A stretch of 57,832 bases of DNA from Candidatus Epulonipiscium sp. (GCA_012524135.1 JAAYSE010000127.1:1-57832); one strand, 5' to 3'. Shown: positions 47,918-57,480, counted from the stretch's first letter. Made by a program: numbers and translations. The notes: generated by a model not told the origin, from the letters alone.

Positions 47918-48644
47918 GAGTTTTATTCATAGTATTTTTTTTATGATGGGTTTTTTCGCTCTTGGAATTGTAATTACTTTAGGGATACATTTTTTTGCAT
48001 CTATAAAGATGTATGATATTTTATTTTTTATATTTATTTTCTTATTGGTTTTGGGTATAATATCCTTACTTATTATTATTGTATTATATTTAAGGATTTA
48101 TAATTCTCAAAAAGTTTTTGGCAATCCAACTTGGTTTTTAAAAGGTCTTCGTTTTTTATATCCTTTTATGAATTTTATATGTCGTTTTTTTCAAATACCT
48201 CTTATTCCTTTACAACATTTTTGTATACAAATTAATAATAAATGTATTGAAACTACAAAAATAAAGATTTCTAAAAAGGATATTTTAGTATTAACACCTC
48301 ATTGTATACAAAATAGTTCTTGTTCTATTAAAATAACTCATAATCCTAACCTTTGTAAACATTGTGGAAAGTGTCCTGTAGATGATTTACTTGATATAAA
48401 AAATAGATATTCCATATCTTTGGCCATTGTAACAGGAGGAACCTTAGCACGAGTTGCAGTTAAACAATATCAGCCTAAAATGATTATAGCTGTTGCCTGT
48501 GAAAGAGATTTAATAAGTGGTATGATGGATATTTCTCAAATTCCTGTTATAGGGATTTTGAATCAAAGACCTTATGGTCCTTGTAGGGATACTTACGTAG
48601 ATGTAAATAAAATTGAATATTATATTCAAAAATATTCATACTAA
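47901..48644 (+). CDS. DUF116-family membrane protein with a Cys-rich C-terminal domain
   Basis: Two N-terminal TM segments, HCIQNSSC...CKHCGKCPV cluster, ...AVACERDL. Confidence 0.6.
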   Translation: MDQQSKSFIHSIFFMMGFFALGIVITLGIHFFASIKMYDILFFIFIFLLVLGIISLLIIIVLYLRIYNSQKVFGNPTWFLKGLRFLYPFMNFICRFFQIPLIPLQHFCIQINNKCIETTKIKISKKDILVLTPHCIQNSSCSIKITHNPNLCKHCGKCPVDDLLDIKNRYSISLAIVTGGTLARVAVKQYQPKMIIAVACERDLISGMMDISQIPVIGILNQRPYGPCRDTYVDVNKIEYYIQKYSY

Positions 48645-48663
48645 AAAAAAGGGGAGATCAAGA

Positions 48664-49383
48664 ATGTATGGTTATTTAGGTATTGATCCTATTTCTATTA
48701 TTATTTTATTTCCTGCCATGATCCTTTCTTTATATGCACAGACTAAAGTGAATAGTACATTTCAAAGATATTTAAAAGTACCCAACTCACAAGGATATAC
48801 AGGTGCAGAAGTTGCAAAACGAATTTTAGATATTGCAGGTGTTAGAGATGTTCGAGTGGAACCTATATCAGGTTCCTTAACGGATCATTATGATCCTAGA
48901 TCAAAAGTATTACGACTTTCTGAATCTGTTTTTCAAGGACGTTCTGTTGCTGCTTTAGGAGTTGCAGCTCATGAAGCAGGGCATGCTATACAACATCATG
49001 AAGGATATATTTTTCTCAATATTCGTAGTGCTATTGTGCCTATTGTTAATATTGGTTCTCGTTTAGCAATGCCTTTAATATTATTAGGTGTATTTTTAGG
49101 AGCTATGGCAAGTTCTTTTGGTGCTATTTTTATACAATTAGGAATTTATTTATTTGCAGGTGTTGTTTTGTTTCAACTAGTGACTTTGCCAGTTGAATTT
49201 AATGCATCTAGTCGTGCAATCACTTTTTTAGATTCTTATGGTTTTTTAACCAATAGAGAAGTAAAACCAGCGAAAAAAGTTTTAAGTGCTGCTGCCCTTA
49301 CCTACGTAGCTTCTGCTGCCGTAGCATTAGCGAATTTGCTTCGATTTATTGTATTATTTAGTGGCGGACGACGTAGAGATTAA
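48664..49383 (+). CDS. Membrane zinc metallopeptidase (Zn_peptidase_2-like)
   Basis: HEAGHAIQH motif, TM segments at the N-terminus and in the C-terminal half. ATG 48664 follows GGGGAGA. Confidence 0.75.
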   Translation: MYGYLGIDPISIIILFPAMILSLYAQTKVNSTFQRYLKVPNSQGYTGAEVAKRILDIAGVRDVRVEPISGSLTDHYDPRSKVLRLSESVFQGRSVAALGVAAHEAGHAIQHHEGYIFLNIRSAIVPIVNIGSRLAMPLILLGVFLGAMASSFGAIFIQLGIYLFAGVVLFQLVTLPVEFNASSRAITFLDSYGFLTNREVKPAKKVLSAAALTYVASAAVALANLLRFIVLFSGGRRRD

Positions 49384-49408
49384 AAGCGTTACATCGTAAC
49401 GCTTTTTT
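49384..49408 (+). terminator. Rho-independent terminator
   Basis: Stem AGCGTTAC/GTAACGCT, 3-nt loop, T-tract. Confidence 0.75.
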
Positions 49409-49526
49409 AATGAAAATAATTTTTAGAGTTTGTTTTTAAATTTATTAAAACGGTAAATTATACGTTTTGAGGTTATAATAAAAATAAAATTATTGTGAGT
49501 ATTATGGATAAAAATAAGGAGAAAGT

Positions 49527-50888
49527 ATGAACAAAAACAGTAAAGTAAATCCAAGAAAAATTGCTGTATCTATTTTATGTGAAATTGATGAAGAGGGCAA
49601 ATATGAAAATCTTATTTTACAAAAAAATCTTTCACAGTATAAAAAATTAACATCTTTAGACAAAGCTTTTATTACAGAATTAGTAAAAGGAGCTTTAGAA
49701 AATAAAATTCATATTGATTATATTATTAATCAATATTCCAAAATGAAAACAAACAAAATGAAACCTTGGATCTTAAATGTCCTTAGAATAGGAGTCTATC
49801 AAATAAAATTTTTAACCAAAGTTCCTGTATCTGCTGCATGCAATGAATCTGTTAAAATAACAAAACAGCGGGGATATCATTTTTTATCTAGTTTTGTAAA
49901 TGGAGTTTTACGTAATATTAGTAGAAATATAGATCAAATTAAATATCCTAATGAGAAAACATATCCGATTCAATATTTAAGTATTTTATATTCTTATCCA
50001 ACTTGGATTATTGAATATTGGTTAGAACAATATCCATATTCCTTTGTAAAAGCTCTATGTGAAGCAGGAAATGAAACTCCTAATGTGACTATTCGTTGTA
50101 ATAAATTAAAAAGTAACCCTAAAATTCTTCAACAAATATTACAATTAGAAGGAGTTGAAGTAAAAACAGGACATTATATACCTCAAGCGTTACAACTAAC
50201 AAAAACTTCTTCTATTGTAGATCTTCCTTCTTTTCAAAAAGGATTTTTTCAAGTTCAAGATGAAAGTTCGATGTTAGTTGCTATTATTTTAGATCCTAAA
50301 CCAGGTGATACAATTATAGATCTTTGTTCAGCACCTGGAGGTAAGGCTACACATTGTGCTGAGAGAATGAACAATCAAGGAATTATTGTTGCTCGAGATA
50401 TTTATGATTATAAACTTCATATGATACAAGATACTGCAAAACGGCTAGGAATTAATATTATAGAAACCGAGAATAAAGATGCTACGTTACAAGATAAAAA
50501 TAGTATTGAAAAAGCAGATAAAATTTTAATTGATGCTCCTTGTTCTGGACTTGGTATTATTCGAAAAAAACCAGATATTAAATTTCAAAAAACGAGAAAA
50601 GATATTCAAAAGTTAGTAGTTCTTCAGCGAGAAATTTTAAAAAATTCTTGGCAATATGTAAAACCAGGAGGTATTCTTGTTTATAGTACTTGTACTATTA
50701 CGTCCGAAGAAAATATAGAAAATATATTATGGTTTACCCAACATTATCCTTTTGTATTAGAAGATATCTCAAATTTTTTACCAAGTACATTACAAGATGA
50801 AAATACAAAAAAAGGATACTTACAATTATATCCTCATCTTCATCAAACGGATGGATTTTTTATTGCTCGTTTACGTAGAAAGGAGTAA
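49527..50888 (+). CDS. rsmB: 16S rRNA (cytosine967-C5)-methyltransferase
   Basis: NusB-like N-terminal domain, DLCSAPGGKATH, DAPCSGLG and YSTCTI. Confidence 0.9.
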   Translation: MNKNSKVNPRKIAVSILCEIDEEGKYENLILQKNLSQYKKLTSLDKAFITELVKGALENKIHIDYIINQYSKMKTNKMKPWILNVLRIGVYQIKFLTKVPVSAACNESVKITKQRGYHFLSSFVNGVLRNISRNIDQIKYPNEKTYPIQYLSILYSYPTWIIEYWLEQYPYSFVKALCEAGNETPNVTIRCNKLKSNPKILQQILQLEGVEVKTGHYIPQALQLTKTSSIVDLPSFQKGFFQVQDESSMLVAIILDPKPGDTIIDLCSAPGGKATHCAERMNNQGIIVARDIYDYKLHMIQDTAKRLGINIIETENKDATLQDKNSIEKADKILIDAPCSGLGIIRKKPDIKFQKTRKDIQKLVVLQREILKNSWQYVKPGGILVYSTCTITSEENIENILWFTQHYPFVLEDISNFLPSTLQDENTKKGYLQLYPHLHQTDGFFIARLRRKE

Positions 50889-50891
50889 AAA

Positions 50892-51935
50892 ATGAAACAA
50901 TACCAAGACCTACAATCTATGTCATTAGCGGATATAGAACAAGTAATGCTTCAATTAGGTGAAAAATCTTATCGTGCTAAACAAATTTTTCAATGGCTTC
51001 ATAAACATTGTATTGATCATATAGACAAAATGAATAATATACCAAAACATACTCGGAAACAATTAATAGAAATAGCACCTTGGTGTAAAATTCAGTTATT
51101 AAAAAAATATAAATCACAAAAAGATGATACAATAAAATACTTGTTTACATTATCAGATCATAATATAATAGAATGTGTTTTTATGAAATATAGACATGGA
51201 AATACAGTTTGTATTTCTTCTCAAGTAGGATGTCGAATGGGCTGTCATTTTTGTGCTTCTACTTTAGAAGGATTAGTTAGACATTTAACACCTGGTGAAA
51301 TGCTATCTCAAGTATATGAGATACAAAAAGATGTAGGAGAGAGAATATCGAATATCGTTATTATGGGAAGTGGTGAACCTTTGGATAATATGATGTCGGC
51401 TACTACTTTTATAGACACCATTACTTCACCGATAGGGCTTAATATTAGTCAGAGAAATATTACGCTCTCTACTTGTGGATTAGTTCAGCAAATATATCAA
51501 TTAGCAAAATTACAATATCAAATTACACTGGCTATATCTTTACATGCACCAAATGATGACATTCGAAAACAAATTATGCCTATTGCATATAAATATTCTT
51601 TTGAAGAATTAATCAAAGCTTGTACTTATTATATTCAACATACAAAAAGAAGAATTACTTTTGAATATGCTTTAATTGAAGGACTTAATGATCAAGTACG
51701 TCATGCAAAAGAACTTAGTCAAAAATTAAAAGAATTATTGTGCCATGTAAATTTAATACCTATTAATGAAATAGAAGAAAGATCGTATGAAAGTACTTCA
51801 TTATCTCATGCTAAACAATTTCAATCTATTTTGCAAAGAAATGGTATTCCAACTACTATTCGAAGAAAATTAGGAGAAGATATTGAAGCAGCTTGTGGGC
51901 AATTACGAAGAGGATATTTGTCTCAACAAGAATAA
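50892..51935 (+). CDS. rlmN: Radical-SAM 23S rRNA/tRNA A2503 methyltransferase
   Basis: CISSQVGCRMGCHFCAS (CxxxCxxC) and C-terminal ...AACGQL. Confidence 0.9.
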   Translation: MKQYQDLQSMSLADIEQVMLQLGEKSYRAKQIFQWLHKHCIDHIDKMNNIPKHTRKQLIEIAPWCKIQLLKKYKSQKDDTIKYLFTLSDHNIIECVFMKYRHGNTVCISSQVGCRMGCHFCASTLEGLVRHLTPGEMLSQVYEIQKDVGERISNIVIMGSGEPLDNMMSATTFIDTITSPIGLNISQRNITLSTCGLVQQIYQLAKLQYQITLAISLHAPNDDIRKQIMPIAYKYSFEELIKACTYYIQHTKRRITFEYALIEGLNDQVRHAKELSQKLKELLCHVNLIPINEIEERSYESTSLSHAKQFQSILQRNGIPTTIRRKLGEDIEAACGQLRRGYLSQQE

Positions 51936-51956
51936 TAAGTGGTCGAGGTGAAAAAA

Positions 51957-52712
51957 ATGAAAGCTACAGGGCTAAGTGATATTGGTAGACAAAGAGATAA
52001 AAATGAAGATGCAATATTTATGAGCTTAAAATCTTTGGGTAAATTACCAAATTTATTTATTATAGCCGATGGTATGGGTGGGCATCAAGGTGGGGAATAT
52101 GCGTCTCAATTTGCTATTCATTACTTTAATGATTTTATTAGAGAAAAGGATTTTTATTTATCTGATCAAACTATATTGGATATTTTAGTCGAAGGTGTTT
52201 TATATGCAAATGAAAAATTATATATCACATCGAGAAAAGAAGAAACACTAAGGGGTATGGGTACGACTTTTATTGTTTCTACTATTATTCATAATCATAT
52301 TTATATTGCCAATGTAGGTGATAGTCGATTATATTTAATGGATAAAGATATAAAAAAAATTACTTGTGATCACTCTTTAGTAGAAGAAATGTGGCGTAAG
52401 GGAAATTTATCTAAAGAAGAAATTAAAAATCATCCTAATAAAAATATTATTACTCGAGCTGTTGGGACAGAAAAAACAGTGAAAGTGGATACCTATAAAG
52501 TGGATTTGTTACCCTATCAATATATTCTTATGTGCTCGGATGGATTGACTAATATGTTGTCGGATAAAGAGATGGTAGATATTTTATTATCCAATAATAA
52601 ATTGGGAAAAAAAGCACAGCATCTCATCGATAAAGCTAATGAACAGGGTGGATTTGATAATATATCTGTTATTATAATTGATTGGAAATCAAAGGAGGTG
52701 ACTGCATCATGA
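51957..52712 (+). CDS. prpC: PP2C-family Ser/Thr phosphatase
   Basis: GLSDIGRQRDKNEDA, ADGMGGHQGGEYAS and GGFDNISVI. ATG 51957 follows GAGGTG. Confidence 0.9.
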   Translation: MKATGLSDIGRQRDKNEDAIFMSLKSLGKLPNLFIIADGMGGHQGGEYASQFAIHYFNDFIREKDFYLSDQTILDILVEGVLYANEKLYITSRKEETLRGMGTTFIVSTIIHNHIYIANVGDSRLYLMDKDIKKITCDHSLVEEMWRKGNLSKEEIKNHPNKNIITRAVGTEKTVKVDTYKVDLLPYQYILMCSDGLTNMLSDKEMVDILLSNNKLGKKAQHLIDKANEQGGFDNISVIIIDWKSKEVTAS

Positions 52713-54676
52713 TACTACAATCAGGGACTATTTTAGGAAATCGATATGAAATTATAGAAAAAATTGGGGCAGGAGGTATGTCCATTGTTTATAAAGCCCG
52801 CTGTAATAAACTACAACGTTATGTTGCTATTAAAATCTTACGGGAAGAATTTATTACGGATGAAGAATTTGTAAAACGTTTTCGAATTGAAGCACAAGCA
52901 GCAGCAAGTCTTTCTCATCCTAATATTGTAAATGTATATGATGTAGGTAATGAAAAGGATATATATTATATTGTAATGGAATATATTCAAGGTAAAACTT
53001 TAAAACAATGGATTCAAGAAAAAGGTATTTTATCTTCAAAAGAAATATTAAATATAGCAATACCTATAGCAAATGCACTAAATCATGCTCATAAGCATCA
53101 TATTATACATAGAGATATTAAACCTCAAAATATTTTAGTGACAGATGAAGGTATGGTTAAGGTTACAGATTTTGGTATTGCTAGAGCGACTACGAATTCT
53201 ACAGTAACAGCTATGGGAAATGCTATAGGATCTGTACATTATTTTTCACCGGAGCAAGCTAGAGGTGGTTATGTAGATGAAAAGAGTGATATTTATTCTT
53301 TAGGAATTACCATGTATGAAATGGCAACCAATACTTTACCTTTTCAAGCAGATAGTCCTGTATCTGTAGCATTGCAACATATAAATGAAGATCTACCAAA
53401 ACCTAGTACGATTAATGAAAATCTTGCTAAGAGTCTAGAGGGAATTATTATAAAAGCAACACAAAAACGTCCCGAGCTTCGTTATCAAACAGTAGAAGAA
53501 CTATTAAAGGATATGAAAAAAGCATTATTAAATCCAGATGAAAATTTTGTTCTTTTACCTGACATTGAAAATTCACCTACAGTTCAAATTTCTGAAGAAG
53601 AAATGATGAAAATTAAATCTCATAGTCATACATCTAAGCAAGCAAAAAGTACCTATCGTTTAAAAGAGGATGAAAAATATGATGAAGAAGGCGAATGGAT
53701 AGAAAAGAAAAAAGAGCGATGGGTTGTTGCTGGAGCCATTTTTACTTCTATGATCATTATTGCCATAATTAGTTTTTTTGGTTGGAACAGCTTAAAAGAA
53801 TATACCAAACCAAAACATGCAGAAGTTCCTAATCTTATGAATAAGACTTATGAAGAGGCACAAAAAATAGCAGAAGAACGCGGGTTACTTTTGGAAAAGG
53901 TAGGAGAACAATATAATGATACTATCGCACTAGGTCATATTGTATCTCAGCAACCAGAAAAAGATGTAATTATAGGCATTGGATCTACTATTGAAGTAGA
54001 AATTAGTAAAGGAGAACAGTTATTTGAAGTACCGAATGTTTTAGATCTCGAATATACAGAAGGGGAACAAAAGGTTGAACATGCTAATTTAGTTCCTGAA
54101 GTAGAATCCGTTTATAACGAATCTGTTCCTTTAGGTATTATTTTTGACCAACAACCAGCAAGTGGTACAAAATTAAAACGAGAAGAAAAAGTAATACTTT
54201 TTGCTAGTTTAGGAAAGGAAGAAAAAATAGTCATTGTTCCTGATGTTAGAAATGAGTCTGAAGCTGAGGCTAAGAAAAAATTAGAGGGAAATAAGCTTAC
54301 AGTTGGTACCGTTACACCTATTGAAAGTGCAGAAGTAGAAAAAGGGCATATTATAAGTCAAACAGTGTCACCTGGGCAAGAAGTAAAAGAAGGCTATGTA
54401 GTAGACTTAGTTGTAAGTACAGGTAAAAAAGAAGAGAAACCTAAAACAGTATCTATTACGATACCCAATATTTTTCCCAATGATCAGGAAGAAGGAACTA
54501 TTATTGTTATAATGGAAAATCAAGATTTACGTATGAAAATATATGAAAGTAAACATAAAAAAGAGGAAATGCCATTAACTATTCCAATACAAGGAATAGG
54601 CCGAGCAAAAATAGAAATATTATTAGATGGAACATTAAAATCTGAAGGAGAGATTCATTTCGATGAGGTGAGTTAA
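52709..54676 (+). CDS. prkC: PASTA-domain Ser/Thr kinase
   Basis: GAGGMSIVYKA, HRDIKPQNIL, DFGIAR, one TM, three PASTA repeats and a C-terminal beta domain. ATGA overlap with the phosphatase stop. Confidence 0.9.
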   Translation: MILQSGTILGNRYEIIEKIGAGGMSIVYKARCNKLQRYVAIKILREEFITDEEFVKRFRIEAQAAASLSHPNIVNVYDVGNEKDIYYIVMEYIQGKTLKQWIQEKGILSSKEILNIAIPIANALNHAHKHHIIHRDIKPQNILVTDEGMVKVTDFGIARATTNSTVTAMGNAIGSVHYFSPEQARGGYVDEKSDIYSLGITMYEMATNTLPFQADSPVSVALQHINEDLPKPSTINENLAKSLEGIIIKATQKRPELRYQTVEELLKDMKKALLNPDENFVLLPDIENSPTVQISEEEMMKIKSHSHTSKQAKSTYRLKEDEKYDEEGEWIEKKKERWVVAGAIFTSMIIIAIISFFGWNSLKEYTKPKHAEVPNLMNKTYEEAQKIAEERGLLLEKVGEQYNDTIALGHIVSQQPEKDVIIGIGSTIEVEISKGEQLFEVPNVLDLEYTEGEQKVEHANLVPEVESVYNESVPLGIIFDQQPASGTKLKREEKVILFASLGKEEKIVIVPDVRNESEAEAKKKLEGNKLTVGTVTPIESAEVEKGHIISQTVSPGQEVKEGYVVDLVVSTGKKEEKPKTVSITIPNIFPNDQEEGTIIVIMENQDLRMKIYESKHKKEEMPLTIPIQGIGRAKIEILLDGTLKSEGEIHFDEVS

Positions 54677-55554
54677 TGATATTTAAAGGAACCATTATAA
54701 AAGGAATTGGTGGTTTTTATTATGTATTAGTCGAAAATAAAGTATATGAATGTAAAGCAAGAGGAATATTTCGTAAAGATGATATTATACCCGTAATAGG
54801 AGATACTGTATCGATTGAAGTTCCATCTCAAGATGATGTAGGTAATATTATTAAAATCTATCCTAGGAAAAATATATTAATTCGTCCTACTGTTTCAAAT
54901 GTAGATCAAGCTATAATTGTTTTTTCTATTACCCAACCGGATCCTAATTCATATCTTTTAGATCGCTTTTTGTTGCTAGTAGAAGAACAAAAACTACCAG
55001 TTTATATTTGTTTTAATAAAATAGATTTAGATCATCAAAATCAAGTGTGCCAATTAAAAAAAATATACAAAAAGGCTGGATATGATGTTCTTTTAACAAG
55101 TACTTCTACTCAAGAAGGCATACCTTTAATATTCGATTTATTAAAGGATAAAATTACAGTATTTGCAGGTCCCTCTGGGGTTGGAAAGTCTAGTATTTTA
55201 AATAAAATAGAACCTTCCTTACAATTAAAAACAGGAGGAATTAGTGATAAATTAAAAAGAGGAAAACATACTACAAGACATGTAGAATTAATACCTTTAA
55301 AAACAGGGGGATTCGTTATTGATACACCTGGGTTTACGTCTTTACAATTAGATCATATACAATTAGAAGATGTGTCTTATTATTATCGAGAATTTAGGCC
55401 TTATCTTTCATCTTGTAAATTTCCGCATTGTTCTCATATCCATGAGCCACAATGTGGAATAAAAACAGCAGTCCAACAAGGACATATTGCTTTACAAAGA
55501 TATAAAAATTATATATCCATTTATACTGAAATTCAAAAACAAAGGAGATGGTAA
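54676..55554 (+). CDS. rsgA: Ribosome small-subunit biogenesis GTPase
   Basis: Circularly permuted GTPase with NKIDL, then FAGPSGVGKSSILN, then DTPGF. C-terminal Cys/His zinc knuckle. Confidence 0.9.
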   Translation: MIFKGTIIKGIGGFYYVLVENKVYECKARGIFRKDDIIPVIGDTVSIEVPSQDDVGNIIKIYPRKNILIRPTVSNVDQAIIVFSITQPDPNSYLLDRFLLLVEEQKLPVYICFNKIDLDHQNQVCQLKKIYKKAGYDVLLTSTSTQEGIPLIFDLLKDKITVFAGPSGVGKSSILNKIEPSLQLKTGGISDKLKRGKHTTRHVELIPLKTGGFVIDTPGFTSLQLDHIQLEDVSYYYREFRPYLSSCKFPHCSHIHEPQCGIKTAVQQGHIALQRYKNYISIYTEIQKQRRW

Positions 55555-55555
55555 T

Positions 55556-56209
55556 ATGATAAAATTAGCTCCCTCTATTTTGGCAGCTGATTTTGCAAGA
55601 TTAAAAGAAGAAATAGCAATAGTAGAAGAGGCTGGATGTGATTATATACATATTGATGTTATGGATGGTCATTTTGTACCCAATATCACATTAGGACCAC
55701 CGGTTATCCGATGTATTGCTAAATATGCAAAAAAACCCTTAGATGTACATTTAATGATTACAGAACCAGAAAAATATATTCCTTTATTTGTAGATGCGGG
55801 AGCAGACATTATTACTGTTCATGTAGAAACTTGTACTCATTTACATCGTACGATACAACAGATTAAAGATTTAAAGGTAAAGGCAGCCGTTGCATTAAAT
55901 CCATCAACTCCTCTGAATACTTTAGATTATATTTTAGAGGATATAGATATGGTACTGATTATGAGTGTGAATCCAGGATTTGGAGGCCAAAGTTTTATTC
56001 CTTCTTCGCTTTTAAAAATTAAACAACTTCGATATAAAATTGAGTCAAAAGGTCTAAAGACTATGATAGAAGTTGATGGTGGAGTTAATTTAGATACTTT
56101 ACCTCCTATTCTTGAAGCAGGTGCAAATGTAATTGTAGCTGGTTCTGCAATTTATGGACAAGATCCTATACAATCTGTTCGACAGTTCAAACAAATTTTT
56201 AATAAATGA
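55556..56209 (+). CDS. rpe: Ribulose-phosphate 3-epimerase
   Basis: APSILAADF, HIDVMDGHFVPN, MSVNPGFGGQ and VDGG. ATG 55556 follows AAGGAGATGG. Confidence 0.9.
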   Translation: MIKLAPSILAADFARLKEEIAIVEEAGCDYIHIDVMDGHFVPNITLGPPVIRCIAKYAKKPLDVHLMITEPEKYIPLFVDAGADIITVHVETCTHLHRTIQQIKDLKVKAAVALNPSTPLNTLDYILEDIDMVLIMSVNPGFGGQSFIPSSLLKIKQLRYKIESKGLKTMIEVDGGVNLDTLPPILEAGANVIVAGSAIYGQDPIQSVRQFKQIFNK

Positions 56210-56221
56210 GGTATCAATTTT

Positions 56222-56857
56222 ATGAAAACCTTAATCATTGTAAATGGGATGATTGAAAATTATAAATTTTATTTTCCGTGGATTACAGAATTTGATTATA
56301 TTATTTGTGCAGATGGTGGAGTAACACATGCAAGGAATTTTGGAATTATACCTAATATCATTATTGGAGATTTAGATTCCGCATCATTAAAGGATATACA
56401 TTTTTTTAAAAATCAAAATGTTCCTATACAAGTATTTCCCACCCAAAAAGATAAAACAGATACTCAACTAGCTTTAGAATTTGCTATTGAAAAAGGAGCT
56501 TCTCATATTACTATTGTTGGGGCATTAGGAACACGTTTTGATCATACGTTAGCTAATGTTCATTTATTAGATATCAGTCTTCAAAAAAAGGTTCCTTCTG
56601 TGTTAGTTAATGAGTATAATTGTATTTATATGATACAAGATAGTATTCATCTTACTAAAAAATTAGGATCAATAGTGTCTTTGATCCCCTTTACTTCTCA
56701 GGTAACTGGAGTTTGTACTGAAGGTTTATTCTATTCCTTAAAAAATGCTACATTATTGTCTGGTAATTCTTATGGGATTAGTAATGAAATGACTGAAAGT
56801 GAAGCAAATATTTCTATTGATAAAGGAAAATTACTAGTAATTCAAGTGCATGAATAG
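56222..56857 (+). CDS. thiN: Thiamine pyrophosphokinase
   Basis: ADGG...IIGDLDS...KDKTD...GALGTRFDHTLAN. Confidence 0.85.
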   Translation: MKTLIIVNGMIENYKFYFPWITEFDYIICADGGVTHARNFGIIPNIIIGDLDSASLKDIHFFKNQNVPIQVFPTQKDKTDTQLALEFAIEKGASHITIVGALGTRFDHTLANVHLLDISLQKKVPSVLVNEYNCIYMIQDSIHLTKKLGSIVSLIPFTSQVTGVCTEGLFYSLKNATLLSGNSYGISNEMTESEANISIDKGKLLVIQVHE

Positions 56858-56921
56858 TCACAACTAAATACTAGATCGAATATATTGTATTATATATAGA
56901 TAAATAAAGGGGGAAAGGGTT

Positions 56922-57068
56922 ATGTCTCGAAGAAAAAAAGCAATAGGACTTACCCTTTTTTCAGTGGGAGTAGGAATGCTAATTGTATTAATTATTCCAG
57001 GATGGGGATGGTTATTAGTATCATCACTCATTTTACTAATATCCGGTTTTTTCCTTATTAAAAAATAG
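56922..57068 (+). CDS. Small (48 aa) two-TM membrane peptide, absent from the supplied track
   Basis: MSRRKKAIGLTLFSVGVGMLIVLIIPGWGWLLVSSLILLISGFFLIKK. RBS AAAGGGGGAAAGGG is 8 nt or less upstream. Its stop lies within the RBS of the next small ORF. Confidence 0.5.
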   Translation: MSRRKKAIGLTLFSVGVGMLIVLIIPGWGWLLVSSLILLISGFFLIKK

Positions 57069-57081
57069 GAGGTGGGATTAA

Positions 57082-57162
57082 TTGACATTTAAGGTTTTTA
57101 AATTGCCTAAGCCAATTGGTACAATTATACGAAAAATATTTGGATTAAATTACGAAAGATAA
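57082..57162 (+). CDS. spoVM: SpoVM-like 26-aa sporulation peptide, absent from the supplied track
   Basis: (M)TFKVFKLPKPIGTIIRKIFGLNYER compares with my recollection of B. subtilis SpoVM, MKFYTIKLPKFLGGIVRAMLGSFRKD: same length, shared KLPK-x-x-G-x-I-x-R. RBS AGGAGGTGGG, TTG start preceded by an in-frame TAA. Synteny thiN-spoVM-rpmB matches B. subtilis. Confidence 0.65.
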   Translation: MTFKVFKLPKPIGTIIRKIFGLNYER

Positions 57163-57165
57163 AAA

Positions 57166-57221
57166 TGCATTATAATTAAAAAACAAAGTTCTTAAGAACT
57201 TTGTTTTTTAATTATAATGCA
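57166..57221. terminator. Perfect 56-nt palindrome; bidirectional terminator between convergent spoVM and rpmB
   Basis: TGCATTATAATTAAAAAACAAAGTTCTT|AAGAACTTTGTTTTTTAATTATAATGCA. I checked it base by base and found no mismatch. The core stem AACAAAGTTC/GAACTTTGTT is flanked by A6 and T6. The right arm overlaps the rpmB stop codon. Confidence 0.7.
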
Positions 57222-57400
57222 CGTGTTACTTTATTCGATTTTAAACATTGAGTACAAACATGAATTCGTTTTGGTGAACCATCAACAATTGCTTTCACTT
57301 TTTTGATATTAGGTTTCCATTGTTTATTTGATCTTCTATGAGAGTGGCTCATTTTAATACCAAAGTATACGCCTTTGTCACAAATAGCACATTTAGCCAT
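57212..57400 (-). CDS. rpmB: 50S ribosomal protein L28
   Basis: MAKCAICDKGVYFGIKMSHSHRRSNKQWKPNIKKVKAIVDG..., 62 aa, RBS AAAGGAGGTG. Confidence 0.95.
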   Translation of the reverse strand: MAKCAICDKGVYFGIKMSHSHRRSNKQWKPNIKKVKAIVDGSPKRIHVCTQCLKSNKVTRAL

Positions 57401-57451
57401 GGATTACACCTCCTTTTAAATAGGTTTTTCCATTGTACACATAACGTAAAT

Positions 57452-57480
57452 ATTTTAACAGAAGTAAGGTAATATTGCAA
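57452..57480 (-). promoter_or_regulatory. Candidate sigma-A promoter for rpmB
   Basis: On the minus strand: TTGCAA (57480-57475), 17 nt, TAAAAT (57457-57452), with extended -10 TGt. Confidence 0.45.

Noticed and set aside
56864-57088. 74-aa minus-strand ORF from the track
   Set aside because: It has no RBS upstream of its start and the sequence is Pro/Ile-rich and low in complexity. It is exactly antisense to two + strand small ORFs that have strong RBSs, one of which resembles SpoVM.
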